From contig NC_042998.1 in the NCBI RefSeq assembly GCF_006345805.1, positions 115,630,001 to 115,694,000 of the forward strand: 64,000 bases of DNA. Reading direction: 5' to 3'. The DNA is from Octopus sinensis. Taxonomy: Eukaryota. Under the pieces are notes generated by a model. It had not been told where the DNA came from, searched no databases, and was given only the letters and a program-made list of their open reading frames with translations. Both the position numbers and the translations under genes were made by a program. Within the stretch, counting starts at the first letter, position 1, and each line of letters opens with the position of its first letter. Below are positions 1-13,539 of this stretch, piece by piece.

Positions 1-914
1 TTACTTAGAAAAGTATATTCAGAGTTGATCCATTTAGTCTCATCAGTCTTGCCGCCAATAGCAATAAGAATCCTTCTACTATAGGCACAACGCCTGGAAT
101 TTTGTGGGAGAGGGATACTCAATAGTGTTAACAACAGTTATAATAAAACTGGCAACATCAATAACGATAATAGCTACATTAATAATAACAACTAGGAAAC
201 AACAGCCAAAATAGTAAAAGAGATTATCTATGCATGTGTTTGACCTTAAATTAAACAGTGGTATCTTAAAAAAAAACGACTTGCACATTGGATGATTAGC
301 CTTGGATATAAGATGTAGAAGTGTAAAAGGAGAGTTTATCGATAAGCACGACTTACACTGACTCCAGCTCATCATAAAGCTGTTCAACCGTGGTCAATGG
401 GTGGCTTAACAATAACAATACAATAAAACCTGCAACAAGCAATACTAGTGAATAACATATTTTTTAGCCCGAAGAGAAGGCTTTCATTGTATTTGACAGT
501 CCGAGAGTGAAAATGAAGCGTGTAATATCCCGCATCACCAGAATCAGATGATACAATCCACGGTGAACTGATGATATTTGAATATATGGTCAGACTTCCA
601 ATCTTAAATATCCCAGATACATTAGAAATGTCGTTGTGAATGGGAAAAAAATACTGTTCCATCGTACACGAATATATCTCAAATACTTTCTACTCGAAGC
701 CAAGACTACAACAAAATAATTGAAGAAAGAGAAGCCAACTCTGATCTGAGAGTTCCTTTGAATCCCAATGAAGTCATTAATTTTTGAAGGTACATTTTCA
801 TGAAATCACTTATAGAAATATAATACATAAAAGAAGACAAAATACGTGTAGGAAATGCCCCCAAGGAACAAAAATCTCAAAACAAAAATGAATCATTACG
901 GCTATAACTATTGC

Positions 915-1103
915 TTTCAAGTTTGGCACAAGGCCAGCAAGTTTGGGGATAAGTCGATTAGATCGTCCGCAGTGGTACTTATGTTATCGACTCCGAAAGG
1001 ATGATTGGCAAAGTCGACCGCGGCGGCATTTGAACTCAGAGCGTAAAACAGACGAAATATCGCTAAGCATTTTGCTCGGAGGCTAACGATTCTACCAGCT
1101 CGA
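915..1103 (-). repeat. ~200-bp interspersed repeat copy
   Basis: tcgactccgaaaggatgattggcaaagtcgaccgcggcggcatttgaactcag. Confidence 0.7.
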
Positions 1104-1954
1104 GCAACAGAAACCTAACCAAAAACACACAAAGGAAAATATTTATAGATAGAAGATTGTAAAGGTGGAAATTTTAGATAAGACAATGATTCAAAAGTGG
1201 AAATAAAAATATTTAACCAAAAAGGAGATATTCATATAAATGCACTAAATGCACCGACAGTGATAAAACCTATCTGCAAATAAGAAAGAAAAATAAGCTG
1301 GTCATCTTTGTCTTAGAAAAAACAGATACGGGCATCAATATGACCAGGATAAATAAAATAAAACATGCAACAGTAACAGAAATCCTAAGGAAAAATAAGT
1401 ATTTTCTCATGGATGTTCATACAGAGATATCAAAAACCCAGCAAAATACGTAGAAAGCAAATATAGCAAACGAAGCAAAATAAAAGTAGACATTTTACAA
1501 TTAAGTGAAAAATAAATGGAATATTGAAATAAATTAATTTAAATAATACCTGAGACAAAATATCTTATTAAATCACAGAGAATATGTTGTTATAGATAGC
1601 GAAAAGGAAAGGATTCCTTGGGCATTACAAAGTGTCTACATGAAGACGAAATCACGTTACCAGGAACGACGTAAAAATAAATGGCAAATCAAAGCAATGG
1701 AAAAGATGTAGAATAATTTTACTTGGCGGTCTATTGACTACTGTGTAAACTGACACGAATGAGAAAGTTCAACACAGGTGCAGCAGTAGCAAAATTGTGA
1801 GAAATGATTGAAGTGATAGGATGATGCAAAAAAAAAAACTGGAAAAAAAAATAATGATAAAACCGCTGGGTGAAATATTTAGCAAGTACACATAAGATAC
1901 ACTTACACTGAAAGATGATATGTGTAAAAAACAAAAACAAACATAGCTGCAAAC

Positions 1955-1987
1955 ATGTGTGTGTGTGTGTGTTTGTGAATAAATATA

Positions 1988-2031
<44 letters not shown>

Positions 2032-2066
2032 TATATATGTATATATATGTGTGTGTGTGTGTGTAA

Positions 2067-2122
<56 letters not shown>

Positions 2123-2560
2123 GTATATATATATATATGTATATATATATATGTATGCATACATATGTTTGTGTGTGTATATGCATGTGTATATGTGTAT
2201 ATACATATTTGTGTGTATGTATATATATATTTGTGTATATATATATATATGTGTGTGTGTATACATATATATATGTGCGTGTGTATATATATATATATAT
2301 CAAATTAACGGGCATGTATTTGTGCATGCGTATATGTATATGAGGGTCAGTCAGAAAATAAAACTATCTGTATTTGACTTATCTTCGAAAGTACGTATGT
2401 AGGAGTGCAATATGTGTTTGTGTACATGTGCATGTTAGCGTGTGCGTGTGCATGAGAAAAGAATATGAGATTGTGCTTATAAATGCATATGTACGTATGT
2501 GTATATATGTATGCATGTATGTATGTATGTATGTATACACAGATGCACACCACACATGTA
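1955..2560. repeat. Compound (TA)n/(TG)n/(TATG)n microsatellite
   Basis: Direct reading; one of many such tracts (e.g. 9180-9665, 10330-10447, 20715-21120, 24215-24545, 55015-55250). Confidence 0.95.
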
Positions 2561-2932
2561 AAAGTATATCATTATTAACTTCTTTCATTTTTACGAATGA
2601 CGGTAATTTTTTTCTAACAGCTTATTTTGCTTAAGAATCTAGAAAAAATATTTTTGAAGAAGTACGTGCTTAAATCTGAAAAATGTTCATGATCATATGG
2701 TGTGATGCTTCTGGTGTGTCAATGGCAGTTGTTTTAGAGTTAGGTGATGTTCAGAGACAAGATGTGATGATTTTCAGTTGTGTTAATGTAAGTGAATTAG
2801 ATGTCGTGTTGAAGTGCACTTGCGGAGGAAATTGCACATGATCGAAATCTGGACCAGTTTGGCTATTATACTTGAATAAGTGCGATTAGTTGGTTGCCAA
2901 TGACAAGAGTTAGTTGTGGAAATGGTTATTGG

Positions 2933-3355
2933 TTTCACATTTTTGTACTAGGTCAGCAATTTCGGGGGAGAGCTAAAGCCGATCACACCGACTCCAGTTT
3001 TCAACTGGTGCTTAATTTATCAACTATGAAAGGATGAAACACAAAGTTGACCATGGTGGAATTTGAATGTAAAGACGGATGAAATGCCGCTAAGCATTTT
3101 TCCCAGCGCGTCAGCGATTCTGCCGGCTCGCCGCCCTCTTAATATATTGGTTTTCAAATTTTTGAACAAGGATAGCAATTTCAAGGGAGGGGATAAGTCA
3201 ATTACCTCCTCCCTAGTGCTCAGCTACAACTTATTTTATCGATCCCGAAGGATGAATTGTAAAGTTGAACTCGGTGGAATTTGAACCCAAAACATATAGA
3301 CGGTCGAAATGCCATTTTTTCCGACTTGTAAACTATTCTGCCAGCTTATCCCCTT
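2933..3355 (-). repeat. Two tandem copies of the ~200-bp interspersed repeat
   Basis: gaaaggatgaa..aaagttga...ggtggaatttgaa block occurs twice; another copy at 915-1103. Confidence 0.7.
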
Positions 3356-4227
3356 GAGTGGGGAGATAATTATTTATTTATTTTGGGAAACTTAATTACA
3401 GGGAAAGTAAATACTGGATTTAACGTGAAGCTGCATGTAGTTTTTGTATAATCAGAGAATAAGGTGGATGTTCCCGCGTATCCAAATGCGAATATGGTCG
3501 TGATATCAAACGATTTTGAGATTGGAAGACACAGTGTACTGTTTGGGGGAACGTAATGTAAAGAAATTGTAGTGCATGCGACATACGGGGTGGATCAAAC
3601 CTGATGTAAGTAGTGTGATTTGGAAAGGTGGTTTAGAGTTGTAAGCAATGACTGTCAAGCAATTCCGAATGTTGATAATATCTTGAAATCTTGGTTAGGT
3701 CATTAGTGAAGGCTCTCAAGAGTGCTATTGGTAACATTGAATGCTGTACAAACTGTTCCATGGTTGGGTCGTCAATAACTAAACCGACATCCCCACTAAG
3801 ATTTCCTGGGTGTACTTGTTATGGTGTATTAAACTTTTGTCAAAGTAGTCATTTCACTTTCTTCGCCTTTAGCCGTACTGAGAGAGACAGTTCTATGTCC
3901 TTACCTTTTTGTTTTGAAGACAACTGTGGAATATCCTAGGAACTCCAGCTCCGAATTTGCATACGGTTATTACTCTCAAAAACTTTTAATTTAGTGAGTA
4001 TAGTCGCAAGAGATCGAAGTTTAGAATAGGAAATTTCACTCGCCTATAAACTGCTAAATCAGGCTTAAGAATTTGAGCAACTTAAAGTACTGGATTCACC
4101 TGTATTTATGCATATATTTGCTCACACGTACACACGCACAAAAAATTACGGATTTTAAAATTTTCATTTATTCACTATTTCTTGACTACTGTTGTGTGTA
4201 ATTGCACTATACACCATCCCCCCTCCC

Positions 4228-4282
<55 letters not shown>

Positions 4283-4851
4283 TGTATGTATGTATGTATG
4301 TATGTATGTATGTATGTGTGTGTGTGCATTCAATCTACAAAACCATCTGATAATTAAGAAATAACCAATTACAATACAAGAAGGAAATGACGATAGTAAC
4401 AAGAGCAACAATAATTATAATGAAGAAAATGAAATTTAAAAGATAAATCAATACCGTCCAACATATACAAATAAAACTAATGAAAGCGAGAAATAAATTA
4501 TTTATAAACCTAGAAGAAAATTTTTAAATAAGCAGAAGATAAAATATATTTAAACAAGTGATTATCGCAATAGAACAGAAAATAAATTTAAAATGAAACA
4601 AAAGAATTATATAGCAAACATATTGGCTAGTTAAAAACTTGGAAGCTTTTAAATGCATTACAAACCAAACAGTCACACACACACACACACACATACATGA
4701 ACACACATCATTTATACATATATAGATGGATGAATGGATTGTTATATTTTGGGAATTTCTCACCGATACATGATTGTGTTCTTTATTGGTAGAAGCACGG
4801 CAAGCTGCGTGGAAAGAAGACTCATTGCACTTTAGAGAATATGTATGTATG

Positions 4852-4885
<34 letters not shown>

Positions 4886-4931
4886 TGTATGTATGTATGT
4901 ATGTATGTATGTATGTATGTATTTATGTGCA

Positions 4932-5262
4932 TGTGAAGGTGAGTGGCTTCGTAGTTAGGGGCATTCAAATCACGATCTTATGGTCGTGAGTTCGATACCC
5001 GGCGATGCGTTGTGTCTTTGAGCCACACATTTTATTTCACGTTGCGTCAGTCAACTCACTTGGCAAGAAAAAAAACAGTTGTATCAATATTTCAAATTGC
5101 CAGCCTTGTCACATTCTGTGTCACGCTGAATCTCTCTAACAACTACGTTAATTGTACGCATATCTGTGGAGTACACAGCCACTTGCAAGTTAATTTCACG
5201 AGCGAGCTGTTCCATTGCTAGGATTCGCTGGAACCCTCGTCGTCGTAACCGACGGAGTGCCT
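4932..5262 (+). mobile_element. tRNA-derived SINE (same 3' tail family as 25460-25843)
   Basis: B box gagttcgataccc; shared tail ...gaaccctcgtcgtcgtaaccgacggagtgc. Confidence 0.8.
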
Positions 5263-5449
5263 GATTTTTTCTACGTATATAAATATGTTTATGTGTGTGT
5301 ATTAGTTTTTATTTTACCTAGATATGCTCTTGATCACTGTTGATTTGAAAATTCCTAGTGTGTGTTAACAATATCGATATTTTAACATCCATAATTTGGA
5401 TCTCATCTTGAGTCCAATCGAGTAGTCTAAATGTTGGTATGAACATTGG

Positions 5450-5500
5450 TTGGACAAATACATTTGTTAGACAAATACATTTGTTGGACAAATACATTTG
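5450..5500. repeat. 17-bp tandem repeat x3
   Basis: tt(g/a)gacaaatacatttg three times. Confidence 0.9.
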
Positions 5501-6399
5501 TCGTGTTATTACTTGCGAAAAATTATGTTCTGAATTTTTCTTTATCCTGATATTATATTCACTGGAAGCACACTTCTTACAGGCTTCTTCATAGGAAATA
5601 CTTTATGTATTTCTAAGTACCTGTAATATCCTCCACAATAAGGCCATTAATACTAACATCAACAGAGAAGCTTGCAGCCTTTGTATTTTATTACGATGCA
5701 AGGATATTTATCACGGACAGTGTAAATGCTTTGGGCATGTCGTAAGTAGACAAAGGCTTTCCTTCATACCATCCATGTTCCTGGTATATATTTTTAGATC
5801 GTATTTATTAACGCAACGTATATAGTTACCACTTCTCCTTTTCTGTAGGTCAATTACATGTCCCTTAGACTTCTTTAGTAAGAAGGATAGTGTGGTCACT
5901 GAAAGTTTAAACAGCTTCACAGGGATACTGCCTCTATGTAATATATACTTTTGTGACGCTATCTCCTAATAGTGAGAATAGAAACACTTCCTCTATATAA
6001 TTTGAAGATAGTATCCAGCATGAAGTTAGATTGTCTTTGGCTTTGATAATAGCATTTGAAACGTTAGCAAATTGGTGAAACACTAGCATTCAAGAATGGG
6101 GAATCGAGTCATATACTTTCTGACAATTCAGCCGGGCTGTGACCAAGTTCATTCTATGGTGACGTACCAACTAACTCAGTTTTTGTTGATCAACAGTTGT
6201 GCAACACATAACCAGTTTTTTCTTCCCAGTTGTTTGTTCAGATGAATAGATAGATAGGCAAATGTATGTATATATGTTTTATTTCTTAGCGTTTAAGTTC
6301 TTGAGAGAATTTAAGCCGGTCGCTAACAAAACAAGAAATTTTCAGTTAAGAGAGTTCCCGGTGATTGTAAATATGTTGTTGAGTTGGTGTGTTGGTTGA

Positions 6400-7085
6400 A
6401 CTGCCGATGCATACACCCAAGTGAATCTATTCACATAAGAATCTCACATGGAGAATTTTTGGAATGTCTTACAAATCTTCAGTGCGACGCTAATAGATTG
6501 GATTTGGAGAATCCGCGTCAGTCTCTGTTGCCCTTTTTACGTGGAACCGAGTATTTCTAGGTTTTTGTGCAAATGTTTTGGTACATAACCTTAATTCTCC
6601 ATGAATATTCTCTTTTTCCTAGACTTTTGATTGTATATTCACATCTGTTTGGCGGCTGACCGCAACAAAGCGCTTAACTTTTGTTTCCTGTACAACAGAA
6701 AAAAATATCAGTTCTTTTGCACTGAATTGATGTTTTTATTGGGTTGATTTCCCAGTATTCTTTGTTTTTAAAGGTGTAAATACCTGCTAGCATTGTAAAT
6801 AGTCTTTGCACTTATAGCATGCCTCAGGGGCAGGTTGTCATCTTTTATCACAATGTGGAGATTTGGTTGTATCGCTATCTCACTTGTTTATCAGATAATT
6901 AGTAACAATCTCCTGTTCCTGCATAGTGAATGCATATCCTTCTAGGTAGGATGTAGTGTATCTATTGCTGTTCTAGGAGAGGCTACATAAGCTGTTGTCC
7001 TCAGCTTAAGGGATATGTACCCATGCATTGCTTTTGTTGGTATTAAGTCTGCTTCTCCTCCAAGCTTCTGTTTAGTTAGGGTAGC
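6400..7085 (-). mobile_element. Degenerate R4/Dong-like RLE LINE 3' fragment
   Basis: TSYLEGYAFTMQEQEIVTNYL motif; decayed restriction-like endonuclease region. Confidence 0.5.
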
Positions 7086-7169
7086 CCAACCTATGTATGT
7101 TTGTACGTACGTATGTATGTATGTATGTTTGTATGTGTGTGTGTGTATGTGGGTGTGTATGCATGTATC

Positions 7170-7815
7170 TCATTATTCAGTTTTATTTCAAGATTTATTA
7201 CCAATAGAGAAAGACTCGTTTTGTAACCTAGATCCAAGGCCCCTTCATTCGAATTTCAACATCAACAGGGCATCTTAATTGGAGGTATGTATACATGCTG
7301 ATTTGTATGTTTTGTCTTATGAATGTATTTTCATGCATATCCAGACATGCTCATACATGGTTAAAATATACACTTCTGGAAAGTTTTACAAATGTTTACA
7401 GTTCCAGTAATGACTTGAATCTGTAGTCTTCGAATCAGATTTCTCCTTTCTGGTATTTAGGCAGTATGTAACATATCCCAGGGACCCAATAATTACAGGT
7501 ATAAACCTGAACTTGTAATCTGGGTAGAGTAATTGCAAATTTCTTAATAGTTCAGCGTAGGTATTCTCTTTTTCGCTGATCTTTGGTTTTATATTAACAT
7601 CCGCTGGGAAGTTCATTTCCACAACAGTACGCAGCTTCTATTCTCTGTCCCAAATCATTATATCAGATCTGCTGTGTTTATATTTTATTGAGGTTTGCAC
7701 TGGGACATTCCACTAGTACTCTTTTTATTATGTATGCCTATAGCTTCTACCATACTGTGAGTTCTTATCTCTTTGTCCTTGAGGTTATTCTTCCGACGGA
7801 TCTCATTATACGTGT
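7170..7815 (-). mobile_element. RLE-domain LINE (R4/Dong-like) 3' end with 3' UTR
   Basis: KHSRSDIMIWDRE, PADVNIKPKISEKENTYAELLRNLQLLYPDYKFRFIPVIIGSLGYVT; the UTR block at 7170-7265 recurs at 37077-37170. Confidence 0.75.
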
Positions 7816-7929
7816 TCTGGCTACTGCATCATGTCTCATCGGTAGTTAGTACCGTGAGGATATTTTCAGGTACTGCTTATGATGTTGGTGACATCTTCTG
7901 TGTTATTTCCACAAAGTCTGCAATGGGAG

Positions 7930-8060
7930 CCAAATACTGCAATACTGCTGCAAAAAGTGTGTTGACCGGCACGGGGTGCATGTTAATAAATAAACTTCCT
8001 TTGGTCTCATTCCATGAGAGTATGTTAGTCAGCCTATGAACTTTTCTGCCGACTCATGTA
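7930..8060 (+). mobile_element. Mariner 3' end and terminal inverted repeat
   Basis: KKCVDRHGVHVNK* resembles the mariner C-terminus (KCVxxxGDYVEK); ends in TIR-like cagcctatgaacttttctgccgactcatg+TA. Confidence 0.55.
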
Positions 8061-8184
8061 TGTATGTATGTATGTATGTATGTATGTATGTATGTATGTA
8101 TGTATGTATGTATGTATGTATGTATGTATGTATGTATGTGTGTATGTATGTATGTGTGTGTGTGTGTATGTATGTATGCATGTA

Positions 8185-8525
8185 TTTCAGATCGCTCTTG
8201 GGAGCTCCTAGTAACATGTAACTCTGTACAGCCTGTTGGATCATCGACGACTAAACTGGCAACCCTATCAAGCTTGCTTGGTGAGGAGGGGGAATGTTGG
8301 ACACCCTGCAGGATGAAAATAAGACCTGTCAAAGGGTTCATAAGCAGTCAACGGCCATCCAGCAATATGTGTACACGTGCATGTATACATATATGTATGC
8401 ACGTAGACGTGGAAATACCTGGGTTGGTGTACAAGTACGCGGTTAGACCATTGGGAGTGGGAAGCCTTTTTAATGTCACAACATTTCTCTAGGAGAGAAA
8501 AACTCTCAGAGAAAACCTGCAACTG
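8185..8525 (+). mobile_element. Probable RTE-type LINE 5' UTR fragment
   Basis: GC-richer island ending ctaggagagaaaaactctcagagaaaacct, similar to a block common in RTE 5' UTRs. Confidence 0.4.
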
Positions 8526-9211
8526 ACAATATTCAATGATGTAGACTAGTTCTTTTCGAGTTTACGTTGTCTATGTTCAGAGAGTAGGATTGGATTTGTG
8601 TAATTCTATCCCCCACTATATAAAAAAACAAATCATGTACAGGAATCGCTTGAAAAAAAAAACCCTATTACAAAAAAGGCTTGTCGTAAACTTCGCATGA
8701 GTGAGACTTTCGATCAGGCGATGGCAATACTCAATCACGAGTTTGTAGCCATCATATTGTATGTATGTATATATGAATGTATGTAGGTAGGTAGGTAGGT
8801 AATTAGGTAGGTAGGTAGGTAGGTAATTAGGTAGGTACGTATTTATGTATGAAGCTACATTCATTTAGCATAAAGTTTAACTGCTTTGCACTCGATAACC
8901 GTATGTTTCAGTAGGTTGGAACTGTTCAAACGAAAGAAGTATGTAGAGCAGCTTATAGAATTTATAGTGAAAAATGGAGTGGGAATACTACTTTAAAAAA
9001 GAGGCTTCCTTAATGTAGACGAAAGAATTTAGAATTGAATAGAATAAGAGAATATAGGGTAAAAATTCCTATGCGATGGATGGCAACAAAGGTACTTATA
9101 GATGTATAACGAGGCCCAGAAGGGAAGAATTTAGTTGAATGGAAAGCAATAGAAGTTTGCACAAAGAAATTAGATACACACACATACACAAATGAACATA
9201 TATATACATAC

Positions 9212-9281
<70 letters not shown>

Positions 9282-9322
9282 GTATATATATGTTCATATG
9301 TGTATGTGTGTGTGTGCGTGTG

Positions 9323-9368
<46 letters not shown>

Positions 9369-9509
9369 TGCGTGTATATATATATAATGATAAATCTCAG
9401 AGCACAGAAAGTGTGTCTATAGCCAGCTGGAGGAGGTACCCTCCTGGGGCTACAAACTACAGTAGCATTTACCCTTAGGTGTTAGCCATATTCAAATGGC
9501 AAATATACG

Positions 9510-9557
<48 letters not shown>

Positions 9558-9583
9558 TTTACATACATGCACACATACACACA

Positions 9584-9667
<84 letters not shown>

Positions 9668-10326
9668 AATTCATATATTGAAAAAAAGAACGACGACTAT
9701 CAGTGTTAATCAATATAATCCAAAAGAATTATTCACAAATCAAATATTAAATCTAAAGAAAATATGAAAATAGTATCAGATGAGAAAATATATTGAAATG
9801 AAATTAAACAAATGATGGTCACGAGAGACCAGAAAACTGTGTTTTATGAGTCTTTAAGAATCTATATATTAAATAAATTGTCTATTTAAAGATTGGTCAA
9901 GTATTGAACATCCTTAAAAGGTTTGAAGCTAAACATTGCACGCACACACACACAGACTCACACACTGAGACAGAGATGCACACATACACACACCAATACA
10001 CCACAAACATTCATATATATATTGTAGTACTCAACACTACGTAAGTGGGTGAATAGTTTCATTTAACAGTTGAATTCAGTCAACACGATGCGAAAGTTTA
10101 CAATGGAAGCTTGAATAATACTTACGATTCAGCTATATTTGTAAGTGGAGTGAACTTAAGCGTAACGAAAACGTTTGAACTACCGGTTTTATTAAAACTA
10201 CCATTGAATAATTGCGAATTACTGGTATGAAACCATTGCTATCGTACCAACACTTTTCAGCTATCTAAAGACAAAAGACAAGCGCGCGCACGCACATACG
10301 CACGAATACATATATGAATACATAAA

Positions 10327-10431
<105 letters not shown>

Positions 10432-10450
10432 CTATATATATATATATCTT

Positions 10451-10937
10451 TAATTTACAAGATAAGGGCAGAAGAAAAATTCTAATGCCAGATACGCCGA
10501 AACAAAAAACTTCTGTGAAAGTTTCTAGTTCGAATCACACGTGTCTCGAGGTGCGCCTAAGATTTTTCTATTTGGATATATTTGGGGTACTTAAGTCTGC
10601 TCGGGACTTGGTGCTTGCTTCTTCCGTGGATATGAATAAGTATTTTATTTATATCTCGCGTATGTGCCGCTGAAGAGGGGAAAATTTCTTGTGAATTAAT
10701 CCCGAAATTGGACCAATACGGTAATAACGAATTTTTTAGAGATTTCTATCGGTTTGTTTCGAGACGCATAAATTTAATGGTTATCGACAATTTTTTTTTT
10801 TGTTTCGGCGTATCTGGCATTAGAATTTTTCTTCTGCCCTTATCTTGTAAATTATGTATAAATTTTACCTTTAAAGGCATTTTTTGATATGCTGGCCATT
10901 GATAAAATTTTTTTCCCGAAAAAATTTTTTATCGTAT
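10451..10937 (+). mobile_element. Short Penelope-like insertion with inverted 5' segment, in (TA)n
   Basis: 59-bp perfect inverted repeat 10451-10509 / 10796-10854 enclosing a hammerhead; TA microsatellites on both sides. Confidence 0.65.
10661..10726 (+). ncRNA. Type I hammerhead ribozyme motif
   Basis: Stem I tgccg(10665-69)/cggta(10719-23), extendable; core CTGAAGA 10670-76; stem II GGG../..CCC; GAAA 10704-07; stem III TTG-gac-CAA closed by A-T; AUA cleavage triplet ending at 10718. Confidence 0.8.
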
Positions 10938-10940
10938 ATC

Positions 10941-10976
<36 letters not shown>

Positions 10977-11149
10977 TTGTGTGTACACGCACATACACAA
11001 ACATACACACACACACACACATATATATAATGCATATAGTATAAAGATACAGGCTACTAATAGTTACTTGCTCTGGAGACGCGTGTCTTGATAAGTTTTT
11101 ATAACACACTTTGTGTCTCCAATCTTTGGGCTCTGAGCTCATGATCTTT

Positions 11150-12400
11150 CCAACTTGCAAATCAGGATACTGGTACAAGAGAAATCACAAGAAAATAAAC
11201 ACGATAAAAAGGTTGATACAAAAACTGGAAAGCGAAACTATCATTGCTCCAAAAGATCACACACTTAATTTCAGTTATAAGCCCACTTGTAGACTCCTAA
11301 ACCCAGCTAGGACTAAAATCGGTTTTTGCAACCCCAAATACTAAGGAATATTAAAATCAGAATTTGAGAGATTACTATACTACAGAAATGAAATAATAGC
11401 AGCACTGCAATGAATTGCTTTGGGAATTTAAAAGATAAACACAGGGCCAGATTTACAGTTTCATAAAATAGATTTTTATCCCTCAGTATCGAGATAGCTG
11501 TCTTATAAGGCTTATTGAGCTCGCAAAATCATGTTGATATAAATCACATAGACCTGGACTTCTATTTTGTTAGGGCTGAGCCTGGGTTAAAAAATTCGAT
11601 ACAGCAGATACATATAAATTGTTCGATGTATCGAGGGGATCGTATGACTGCGGGTATTTGCGATTTTGTACTTTTCTTTATATTAAATACACTGCGAACC
11701 AAGTTCTCATCCCACGATGTTGGTTTATACCGAGACAATGCGTTGGGAATATTTCCTGGCTGTATCGGTTACACTCTCGATAAGTTTTGTAAAAAACTTA
11801 TTGATACATTTACCCAATTAGATCGCGCAGTCACTGTTGATACTAATATATCAAAGCTGTTTTCCTAGATCTAAACTCCCGCTCTTATACGCTGTACCAT
11901 ATTCCAAACAAAAAACTCTCCTATATATGCAATCAATCCTGTCACCCTCTGTAGCGTATAAAAGCCTTATAGCTAACATTAGTAATAGGATATATAATTT
12001 CTCTTCTTCCAAAGAAGTATTTGATTATGCAGCCCACTACTATATTAATGCCCTTGCTAACAGCAGCTTCAGAGATGTATTACAATACTTCAAGTAAAAA
12101 TATGAATCATAAAAATAGATTTAAAAATAGTCGTTGGGAAATGGTAAGCACCGCTTTCTTCCTAAAGGTTACAACTAACGTAGTCTTGAAATTACTGACT
12201 CTTTCAGCCAAGCACTTCCCAGTAAACCACAAATACAGGAAGGTTGTAACAAACGCTTGAACAAAATATTATACAGTTGGTACCCCAATAGGAAGAACAT
12301 TATCATTCGTAAGCATCACCAAGAGCCCGCTCCCAGCTGTAACTGTCTCGATACACAAGATTTCCCACTTATCCACTTGCCCATTTAAGGTGAGCATGAT
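11150..12400 (+). mobile_element. Degenerate Penelope-like reverse transcriptase remnant
   Basis: Frameshifted pieces KDHTLNFSYKPTCRLLNPA, DFYPSVS, GLYRDNALG (RT YxDD-like), ISNRIYNFSSSKEVFDYAAHYY..ALANS, KHFPVNHKY, CNC. Confidence 0.7.
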
Positions 12401-12489
12401 AAACTATCGTATATGAGGCAGAACTGTCTTACTTGATTGAGTATTTTTTGTTGTTGATCTTACCATAACAGAACAGGAAACTATATATA

Positions 12490-12550
<61 letters not shown>

Positions 12551-12642
12551 ATAGTAAATCCCCAAAAAGAAGAACAACAAACCACGCAAGGATGTGGTAC
12601 ATGTAAAGTATTAGCAAACGCTCAGGGAAGGAAAGAAAAATG

Positions 12643-12677
12643 GTTTAACGTTTCGAGCAATGCTCTTCTTCAGAAAC
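12643..12677 (-). ncRNA. Minimal type I hammerhead ribozyme motif (Penelope-type)
   Basis: Minus strand reads GTTT CTGAAGA A GAGC att GCTC GAAA CG T T AAAC: 4-bp stem I, 4-bp stem II, palindromic ACGT in place of stem III; lies 3' of a minus-strand Penelope endonuclease remnant. Confidence 0.75.
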
Positions 12678-13539
12678 AGGAAAGTCCAATAGAAAGGAAG
12701 AAAATCGCCAACGATTCACATGTGGTTTGAAATGACTGGAAGGTGATGGGTGAAGAAAAAGTTCTTTCTGAGGGAGGAGAGAGTAAGAGAAGGAGGTATG
12801 TGTGTGTGTGTGTAATAGCACGTGTGTGTGCGTGTGTGAGTGAGGTTGTGTGTGTTAGGTATGTGAGCATTCCTGTGTGTGTCTATGTGTGTGTGCGTTT
12901 GTGCACGTATTTGTGCGCGCATGTATGTGTGTGTGTTGTGTGCGTGTGTGTGTATGTGAATGCGTGCGTGGGGTTGTATTATGTGAAGGTATATGTGGTT
13001 CCTGTGTGCGTGTCTATGTGCACGTTTATACACGTGTGTACGTGTGTATGTGTGTGTTTTCATGCGTGTGTATGTATGTGTATGTAAGTGTGTTGTGTGT
13101 ATGTGTGTGGTGTGTGGGTTCATGCATGTGGGCGGGTGCATGTATTTTTACCTGTGTGTTTATTTATGTGTGTATGTGTATGTACGTGTGTGTATGTATG
13201 TGTGCGTGTATACAGAAATACAATAAATCATAATAAAATAAGATTGATTTAAAAAGGGGGAAGGGGGGAGGATACAAGATGTAAAATAATAAAAAAAATT
13301 AGCAGACGCAGATAAAAAATAAAATAAATAAAGTTAAAGGGATAAAATAGAAATTAGTACAATTATAAAAAATAACGCAATTAAAAAGTTAAACAATGCC
13401 ACGGAAAGAAATTGATAAAAAATTGAGAAGGGGTAACAGTGTAAAAAAAGTATGTGATTATAAGATAGAATAAAATAAAATGAACTAAACTAAAATGAAA
13501 TAAAATAAAAAGTTGCTTTTATTAAGGAGTTTGTAGAGA

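Noticed and set aside
1731-2634. Many overlapping ORFs rich in YI/HT/CV/MYVC (also at 8-9, 12.7-13.2, 20.7-21.1, 24.2-24.7 and 42-44 kb)
   Set aside because: Translations of stop-free microsatellites; no coding signal
5450-5500. CRISPR-like repeat
   Set aside because: No spacers, eukaryotic context
5711-5898. Candidate terminal exon (tttcag acceptor, phase fits exon F)
   Set aside because: Peptide VTTLSFLLKKSKG...CP* shows no convincing NTR pattern
8186-8262. Possible HDV-like ribozyme at an RTE-like 5' end
   Set aside because: Could not assemble P1/P1.1/P2 pairings; upstream is microsatellite
9805-9850. TGGTC/GACCA stem followed by GAAA
   Set aside because: The CTGA of the core is missing and stems I/III are not formed; at best a very decayed hammerhead
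10126-10264. Minus-strand segment bounded by ag/gtaagt
   Set aside because: The frame examined has a stop and no NTR similarity
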